NCBI GenBank assembly: GCA_018398765.1 | Contig: JAHBMJ010000156.1 | Span: 1 to 55,155, forward strand | DNA from: Chromera velia | Taxonomy: Eukaryota | Reading direction: 5' to 3' | Length of the DNA: 55,155 bases | Shown here: in pieces, positions 46,807 through 55,155 of the stretch | Layout: each line of letters starts with the position of its first letter | How positions within the stretch are numbered: position 1 is the first letter of the stretch | Translations under genes and position numbers: made by a program | Notes under the pieces: generated by a model | What the model was told of the DNA's origin: nothing | The model's database searches: none | What the model saw: the letters and a program-made list of their open reading frames with translations, nothing else

Positions 46807-47249
46807 TCAAGAGTCCACCCCCGAAGGAGAGTATTCGATTCCCGTTCCTGCCGCAGCCGCAAGTTCCTCTTCCGCCTCCGAGGACCCCCCTGCCCGCCCC
46901 CACGGGTTCGTTCCATGGAGTCCGAAGAAGCACTTCACACGGAAGAAAGTGGGCCAGCCTCTATGGCTGAGAATCGCCGAAAGCGACGAATGCGAAGCCG
47001 AGAACAGGAAGGAGAGTGACAGCCGAAAAGCGGTAAGCGACAGCAAGCAAGGAAAGAAAGAACGAACGAGCGAAAGTAAGAAAGAAAGAAAGAAGGAAAG
47101 ACGGAAGGAAGGAATGAAAAAAAGAAAGAATGAAAAAAAGAAAGAAAGAGAGAAAGAAAGAAAGAAAGAACGAACGAACGAACGAACGAACGAACGAAAG
47201 AAAGAAAGAAAGAAAGAAAGAACGAACGAACGAACGAACGAACGAACGA

Positions 47250-47281
<32 letters not shown>

Positions 47282-47473
47282 ACGAAAGAAAGAAAGAGAG
47301 AAAGAAAGAAAGAAAGAAGAAGAAAAAAATTGAAAGAAGAAAAAAGAAAGAAAGAAAGAAAGGAAGAAAGAAAAAAGAAGAAAAAAATTGAAAGAAAGAA
47401 AGCAAGGAAGAAAAAAGAAAGAAAGAAAGAAGAAGAAAAAAATTGAAAGAAGGAAGAAAGAAAGAAAGAAAAA

Positions 47474-47508
<35 letters not shown>

Positions 47509-50500
47509 CAAGAAAGAAAGAAAGAAAGAAAGCAAGGAAGAAAGAACCAAAGAAGGAAACGACAAAGAAGGAAAAAAAGAAAAGATGCTTAAAAGGTATT
47601 CAAGAAAACCGGGAGCAGAGTGACAGTCAGGCATCTTCTTAGAAAGACGAGAGCGAGGGTGCTGCAAAGGCAGGAAGAAGAAGAAGATGAAGAAGAAGAA
47701 GGAGTAAAACAGTGAAGGAGAGAGGCCTCGGCTTCCTCTTTGAATACCCTCCCCTTCCTTCCCCCTACTTTTCCTTCGGTGCCTTTGTTCTTTTTTACTC
47801 TGAAGTGCGTCTGGCTTCCTGCCTGACTGTGCATCTCTTCTTGTTCCAGCCTTCTTTTTCCTCACCTGCTTTTCGGCTCCGCTGATGTTGCAGAAAGCCC
47901 CGCAAACCAAAAAGGGAAACGGGGATCTCGATCTTCTTCGCAGCACTGAAGAAAGGGATGAAAAGGGGGGAATGAATGTCGGAGGGCGGCGCTCAGACAA
48001 GGAAGAAGCTGAAAAGTTTTGGAGCTTTCTTCCTCTTACTGCCGAAACTATTCAAGGGTCCAGTCTTCCCCCTTCTCCTTCTCCAGTCGCCTGCCAGGAA
48101 AGAGAGGCAGGAGAAGCAAGAGAGAGTAAACGAATAAATGCACCTGTCTCGTTTCCTCCAGCACAGTCGGCCTTCCCTTTCATAGCCATCTTGCAACACT
48201 CCGCCCCTGCATCCTCCTCGGCAGTTCTCCCTCCCCCTTCTCTTTCTGGTCCAACTTCTTCAGCCCATCATCAGCCATCCGCATTCCCATCGGATCAACC
48301 AGCCCCAGTACCCCCTCCTCTTAATCCAAAAACATCACCACCCCCCGATCCCCCCTCCATGCCCCTTTCAGAGTCAGCCCCACTCTCAGCCGGAGAGCCG
48401 CTGGCACAAGCAGAGACAGACAAAGACCCCATTGTAGCTAAGCCCTCCCCAGCCATCAGTCTTGGTCTCGTGAGACTGTCCAAGCGGAAGGCGGGCGACT
48501 CTTTGCTTGAAGAGGTTGATGACGAATCGGATCCCCCTTGTATCACAGAGCCAAGCAGGCCACTTCACCAGACAGGAGAGGGGGATCCGATGGACTTACT
48601 CGAGGAAGAGGGGGGGGAGGACCCGACAGAAACGGTTGCAGAGACAGACCGCCCCAGACAGCGCCGACGACTTGACGGAACACCCCCCACGCCCCCCATT
48701 GACCTGAATGGTATCGGAGGAGCCCTCCCGGCCTCCTCCGGTACGCTAGAGGATGGGGGGGGGGTGAGTGGCCCGAGTTCCCTGGAGATGAATAGAGACG
48801 CGCGTGGTGTCTTTGAGACAGAACCACACCAACAGGAGGAAGGCATGAACTTCTCCCTCCCTTTCCCTGCCCCGACATTTGCTCAGGGAGCTGCAGCTGC
48901 TTCTGCGTCTGTCTGGACCACAAAAAAAGAGACAGCAGAAGAAGAAGAGACTCGGGCTGTCTTGTCGTCGTCTCTCGTCCCATCAGAAGGGAATCCAGAA
49001 GGAGAACAGAAAGGAATTTCAGTGCCTGAGGAGGGGATTGCGGGAGCAGCGACGTCGCCCGTCTCTCCTTCCGCCGCCCCACCCGAACAGCCGACGGCAG
49101 CTGCGGCGGAAGCCGAAGTGTGTGTGAGTGAAGGGAAGAGTGAAAAGGAGGGAGACGAAAAGAAAGAAGAAGAGGAAGAATCTGCGCAGGCGCAGGCCCA
49201 ACAAGAGGAAAAGGGGAGAAGAGGACTTGAGGACGACTGTGCGCCTCCCCTTCCTCCAGCTCCTTTCGCTAGCATGATAGAGGGTGAGTGCCTTGTTCCT
49301 AATCCTTCTCCCCAGTCTGACAGCACACCGCTAAACATTCTGCCCCCGCCAGCCTCAGCTGAGGGTCAGGTTCAGCAGAAAGAGGGGGAGGAAAGGACCG
49401 ATGCCAATGCCGTACACGCATCTAGGGTGAATGGAGGGGAGAGTGGATCGGTCTTGCCCCCCCATGACTCACTTCCAATGGAAGCCCCTGCATCGTCCTC
49501 AGGTGTTGAGGAGGAAGGTCAGAAGGGTGTGCTGCATCTTTTTGTTGAAACAAATCTGAGTGGGAGGGAAGAGCAGCGCAGCGCAGGCAGAGAGACTCAA
49601 TCCGAGTCTGTCCAGAAAAATGATGAGGATGTGCCCCCTGCCCCAATTTTGATGTCCCCTATCACTTACCACTCTGCTCCGTCTTCTCCCTCAACCCCGA
49701 GTGAGGCCGTTAGTGGTGAGTGGCGTTCCGTCTCGTTTGAGGCAGAAGACGATGCAGAGGGAGAGGAGATGCGCTCCCAGGCTGCTGGAGACGCTGAGAG
49801 GCAATTCCCTTTTGCTGAGAGGGAAGGTGCCTCTGTCGCTTTCAGCCTCCCCCCCCTAGGCGTGCAGACACAAAGCGGAGATGGGGATGTTGCCATGAAG
49901 ACTGGGGATGAGAAAGAAGAGGACGACCTTGAGAGCCTCCCCCCTCCCCCTCCGCCTGTCTTCAACGAGGCCGGGGTGCGGCTTCCTCTGTACGGGGTTG
50001 ATGAGGAGATTTCGTTGTTCGACGACAACGCGCCAGGCAACCTGGCCGCCCTGGGGGGAAACAAGCTGCTCCGGTGGATGGGGGGAAAGGAGATTGCAGG
50101 AGTTTCCACCCCTTTTGTTTACTTCGGTCAGTCGGTCGGTCGGTTGATGTCAGTATGCGGAAGATGAAAGACGAGAAAGGATTTGAATAGAGAGTATTGA
50201 GGGGGAGTGGTAGTGAAGAAGGAAAGCGTACACCTGACATAATTAAGTGTCTCAAAGTCTCGAGAGAAAGGCATCAGCTGTGCATAGGAAGTTCACGAAG
50301 ATTGATTGAATTCAGTCGAACTCACTTCCGTTCCCTATTTACCTTGATGTGCGTTCAAATTGCAGGGACACGTTTCTCGTTTTTCGTCATGCACATTGAG
50401 GTTGGTTTGCACAGAAAGAGAAGAAGGTTTCCGCCCTCTTCCTCCTATCCCGTCCCTCTTTCTATTCAAAAGTCCCTTTTCGTCTGCTCGACAAAGCTCT

Positions 50501-53241
50501 TTTTCGGCCAGCGTACTGTTTGGCTGCTGACTTGCCCTCTCTCCTGTCCTGCTTGATTGGTTTCCCTGTGCGAGATTGGGGATCTCCTTCGTCACGCCCG
50601 TGTGTCTGCCTGTCAAGTCCATTTGTTTCATACACAACCCCCTCGTGCAGGATAAGGACCTTCCGTCAGTCAACTTCCTCCACTGGGGCGCCCCCAAGTG
50701 AGTGAAATGCGGGAAGGAAGAGTCAAAGCTGATTCGTTTCTGTTTGAGCGATTTTGCACTGCAATGAACAGCCACCCTTCTTGACCATGGGAAGGACCGC
50801 TGCATATTCCTTCTTTGCCCCGTTTAAAGTCGTTTCTTTTCGGCTTTCCTCTTGCACTGACTGCCTTCTTCCCTCTCTCGCTCATTGTGCCTGCGTGTGT
50901 GCGTGTGCCTGTGTCTGTGTTGAAACAGGACCTGGTACTTCGTTGCAAGGCACCAGAAAGAGAAGTTGGAGGAGTTCATGAGGCGCCAAATGCCCGAACA
51001 GTCAGTCTTCGTTCTTCTTCTCGTATGTTTTCTTTCCTTTCTCCGGCCAAGTTATAAGAAATTGCTTTGCGCAACCTCCGGGATCTTTTGTTGCTTGTCA
51101 AAGGAAGAAAAAACCTGCCTGGGGGCTAGCTCTTGAAAACTCAAAGTGGGTGTGAAAGAGACAGCCGCCCTTGTTTGCCTGAGCCTAAAGTCCCCTTCCT
51201 TGACTTGTCCATTTATTCCCTTTGCGTGTGTGTTTTCTTCCTCCTTTCTCTGCCTGCCTGCCTCCAGCTTTGTGGGATGCCACGAATATTTGCGGCACAA
51301 GTCTTTGATCGTGCGTCCTGAGGTCAGTCATCCCATCCTCATCTGCTTTCGTTCCGTCCAAATAGAAGGGTCTCTTTCTTTCTTTCTTTCTTGTTGGCTT
51401 GAGTGTCTCTCCGACAAAAGGAAAAAGTGATTGAGTGCGTGTCCCTCGAGCGTGATGCCTCTCCCCCGAAACGGATGCGCCTGGAAGAGGATGCCGAGCG
51501 CAGGGGCGGAGTGCCATTTTGCTTCGCGACTTTAGAGTGGCAAAAAAGGAAGAAATAATCTCTCCCTCTTTCTCTTTCTCTTCTGATGTGTGTGCGTGCA
51601 GGTTCTTCGGGCTGCTGGGATCTCTGTGAACACGGTGACGCAGAGACCGGGAGAGTTCATTGTCACTCTCCCGGGATGTTACCATTTTGGGTTTAATCAT
51701 GGGTAAGTCAATTAATGTGTGTGGCTGTGGCTTCCGTCAAAGAATGGGAGTTTTGACGACCTCTCTCTCTCTCTCGACATCTTGTGAAGGGAGGACATCA
51801 AGCTAGTCGATACAAGGAGATGTTCGCCTGTCCGTCCCTGAAGACAAGTATTCCTTCTTGCTCCCACCTGTTTTCTTGCGGCCTCTGGCATTTCTCTTGG
51901 CCGCCGTCCCATCATTATCCCCCCCTTTTTTTTTGCCAGGCTTGCTTTGCATTCCTACGGAAATCGCCCGCCCGCCATCCCTCTCACCCTGCGTGTCAAG
52001 TTGACAAACAATCAGCCAGCGAAAGCGTGAAAAAAACAACAAGACGCTTTTGTTCATGCAGGAACAATTTCGCGGAGGCTGTGAACTTCAGCATTCCCTC
52101 GTGGGTCTCTGACGGAGCGCGGGCTTTCACCTGCCAGTGCGCAGACAGACCTCCCTCTGTCGAGTCAGTCCGTCCATCCGTGCGTCCAGTTGGCTGACAA
52201 GCAGCTAGGCAGGTAGTCAGGCAGTGTACTTTTTTCCTCCATGTTTTCTGCCTCTTTCGATTCGTTCTTTCGTGTTTGAACAAAAACTTTTGAATAGGCT
52301 CTTTTAGGGAGGAAGGCGCATTCGAACATCCTTGGTGAGGACTTGATTGTCCTCCTCGACAATCTGGTATTCGTGCTTTTCTCCTCTCCTTCTGTCGTGA
52401 GATGTCCTTCTGTCTTTTTTTCTTTCTCTCTGTGATCGTCTGAGTCAGTCTTCTTATGCACTCTCCCTCCCTCCGGCGGATGCTGATTTGCGTCTGTGAG
52501 AGCTCTGGCTGGGTCGGGAGAGGAGGTGGAAATTAAGGCGGTGCGGACTGTTCATGTCTGCCTCGTCTGAGTCACCCGACAAAACAAGAGAGAGACGTGA
52601 TGCCGTCTGGATCAATCTTGTAAGCTCGTGAGTCTGTTCATTTGTTCTCTGGATCATGGATGCAGCATCTGCATGAAGCCCATCTTCGAGGAGATCTACG
52701 GTGCCAAAGCGATGGATACCCTTAAAGGTCCGTCTAGCTGGGTCCTTCCTTGTTGCATGCATTCAAGACAAAAAAGAAAGTAGATGAATGACAAAAGCCC
52801 TCGAAATTTTTTCCGGGGCCGAGGCGAGGGTTTTGCCTCCGTTCCTCCCTGAGAGATTTTTTTTGGCTCCCGTTTTTTCGTCAGACTATTGTCTAGTGCA
52901 GGGGTCGATCTGAACTCATCCCTTCTTTCTCTTGCTCCGCGGATCTTCATAAGTCCGCTTGTTGCGTCTTTGCTTCACGTTCTCATTTTTTATGCACCCA
53001 TCTGCCGTTTTCTTTTTGTTGTGCCGTTGCAGAGCTTCGCACTGAGGCACAGAAAGAGAAGAACAGAGCCAGAGACAGGCTCAGGAATGCGTACAAGAGG
53101 AAGGAGGCACAGGCAAGGAGAGAGAGGGAAAGGGCGAGAAGACTCTACCTCAAGGCCCTCAGGGAGAAGGAAATGGAGGAAGAGGAAGAGGAGGAAGAGG
53201 AGGACAACTGGTGCATGGGAGAGGACCTCGAAGTCGAATGA
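44825..53241 (+). CDS. KDM4/JMJD2-like JmjN+JmjC histone lysine demethylase (multi-exon)
   Basis: In-phase exons: 44825-44958, 45193-45250, 45458-45621 (JmjN: CPVFRPSKKALRDFCDL...GGMKICPPSSW), 45994-47032, 47894-50127 (...PLYGVD...IAGVSTPFVYFG), 50366-50400 (FVMHIE), 50651-50697 (DKDLPSVNFLHWGAPK), 50929-51000 (TWYFV), 51268-51322 (GCHEYLRHK), 51602-51702 (QRPGEFIVTLPGCYHFGFNHG), 52062-52163 (NFAEAVNF...CQC). Probable last exon ends TGA 53241. Exons between 47033-47893 and after 52163 are uncertain. Confidence 0.92.
47050..47585. repeat. Long purine-rich (GAAA)n/(GAAC)n tract in an intron of the JmjC gene
   Basis: Directly visible; starts just after donor GTAAGC at 47033. Confidence 0.9.
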
Positions 53242-55155
53242 GAGGAGTGATCGATGCACCTTGGCTGATGTTCGAGGCGCAACCCGTCTAGACTTTCTCT
53301 CTCTTGTTTGTGAGAAAAGAGGAGAGGGAGATGTGTGTGGCTGAAGAGAGAGAGAGGGAAGCGTCCTCTCTGTTCCCTCATGCGAAGAGAGAGGGTATGG
53401 GAGTGACCGTTCCTTCCTTCCTTTCCTTCCTTCCTGCATTTTCATTCAATCAGTCATTCATTCATTCATGCATCCGTCAGTCCACTTTCTGCGTTGACCG
53501 ATCGAGCGACGCATCAATCGGTTGTTTCCTCCCTCCACACATTTTTTCTTATCCATCCACGGTTCTTTTGCGGCATTTGCCGTTTTCCCCTTGATAGGCT
53601 TGCCTGTCTTTCTTTCTGACTCATTCGCCTCCCTCTTTTTCTTATCATCCACTTTTGACATCGCTCTCTTCTGTACCAAAAGGTGAGGGAGGGCGCGGCA
53701 CAGCCTTCCTTCCTTCCTTCCATCAACCAAAACCTGGAGGCCTCGATGGGGACTGCCTCGAAGCTTCTCGCTACCAGTGTCTGCCTGCCTCTCTTAGTGA
53801 ATGGAGAAAAGAACAGCCCACACAGCCTGAGAAAAGTCGACTAGAAGAGCGTTGGTCCAGCAGACGGGTCTGTTCTGTTCACGAAATATGCATTCAACAA
53901 AAAACTTCTGCGTGTGCATGCACATATGTGTACCCTTGGGAACAGTGCTGTCGTCTGCAGTGAGGTTGAATGTACATGGACGTTCCAAGGCGGATCGAAG
54001 AGGGGTCGTTGGCGAGAGAGAAAAGGTGAGAGTGGACCTCTTAGACTGCGACAAGAACATCTTGACTGCATTTGGTGCAGCCTGAGTACGCAGTAGCACG
54101 CAGAATTGTATGAAAGGGCCTGCCCGGCCTAGAAAAGGGCAACACAGTAGTATCTAGACTGGTATGCATATCGTTTGCCCATCTATCCCTCTATCGATCG
54201 GCAGTACCGAGTGTGAAAGACTTTAAAATTGGCTGGCATGAGGGATGAGTTACTTAGACTGCATGTTACTAGGCTTCAAGGCTGGTTGGCTGAGAACTTA
54301 ACTGACCTAGTAACTGATACTGGTAAAGTGGATACTATAGCTCTAGCGCTCGTGAACGGCTAGCTCACGCCCTGTCGCTGAGAGATAAGTATGACAGTCC
54401 GGTCTTGTGCCTTTGTTCCACTACTGACTTGCTCATTTCAATCTATATCAACAGATTTGCTCTCAATCAATTTGGTGGCTGATTCATGCACGCCGTGGCC
54501 ACTCCATCGCTCGGTCAGTCTGAACGGGACATGCCGTGGCCCCAGTAAAATGACACACTGGAACTAGGCTCCGCACTATAAAAAGATATATTGGAACATT
54601 TTTTTATATATATAGCATAGCATAGCATATAGACTTTTTTTTATATTTGTTCAAGTTGATAAACAACTGTTGTTCACTAGGTTATTCAAGTGTTGTTAAG
54701 GTGCATATCAACAATGATGTCGTCTAGCATGTTGTTTACATGTTACAATGAGTGTTGCAGAAAAAATAACTGTTGTTGTACCGAATGTACTACCAATATA
54801 TATATACATAAAAGAAAAAATCAATGTAGTATGTAGGCAGGCTACGAGCGGCGAGTACGCGACGGACCCGCGGAGTGGCGGAGCCGCGAGGCCGGCGGCG
54901 CCGCGTCGATGCGCGCGTGGACTTCAATAAGTGTGGCTTGGTGCAGGACTGAATAAAGTGACATCGATCTGCATGCATTCGAATTAGCTAACGATCGCTA
55001 ACGATCGTTGGACTGGCTTGATCGAAGGAACAATGTACGAACCTCTCTAGGTCAAACTCTTATAGTCTATGAACTCTGAATGCACATCGTTAGCGTTGAG
55101 AGTTCTAGCCCCGTATTCTGCTTACAATCTGGTTACCAAAGCCAGGTTTCGAACA

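Noticed and set aside
46807..48000. 397-aa F/L/S-rich ORF (minus strand) and the K/E/R-rich tail of ORF 45911-47446
   Set aside because: Artefacts of the intronic (GAAA)n tract; a GTAAGC donor at 47033 precedes the repeat.

Overview
Eukaryotic, intron-rich genomic DNA. It has GC-rich low-complexity exons, GT-AG introns that often start GTCAGT, and AT-rich intergenic blocks full of small DNA transposons. The gene content (ApiAP2-like domain, plastid-targeted bilin reductase, ankyrin protein, tandem CCCH protein) suggests a photosynthetic relative of apicomplexans such as Chromera; this is inference only. Recognisable genes are a PebA-like ferredoxin-dependent bilin reductase, an ankyrin gene split by one in-frame TAG, a three-finger CCCH protein, a multi-exon KDM4-like JmjN/JmjC demethylase with very large insertions, two secreted proteins and two large hypothetical proteins. 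One secreted protein ends in a bacteriocin-like glycine-zipper peptide after an RRL motif. A tandem pair of perfectly folding tRNA genes has non-canonical identity (UGG anticodon on a non-Pro body; CAU anticodon on a hybrid initiator/elongator body). At least six TIR elements were found by eye. Repeat copies differ almost only by C/T and G/A transitions, suggesting repeat-directed cytosine hypermutation. Exon joins were assembled by hand and no database searches were run.
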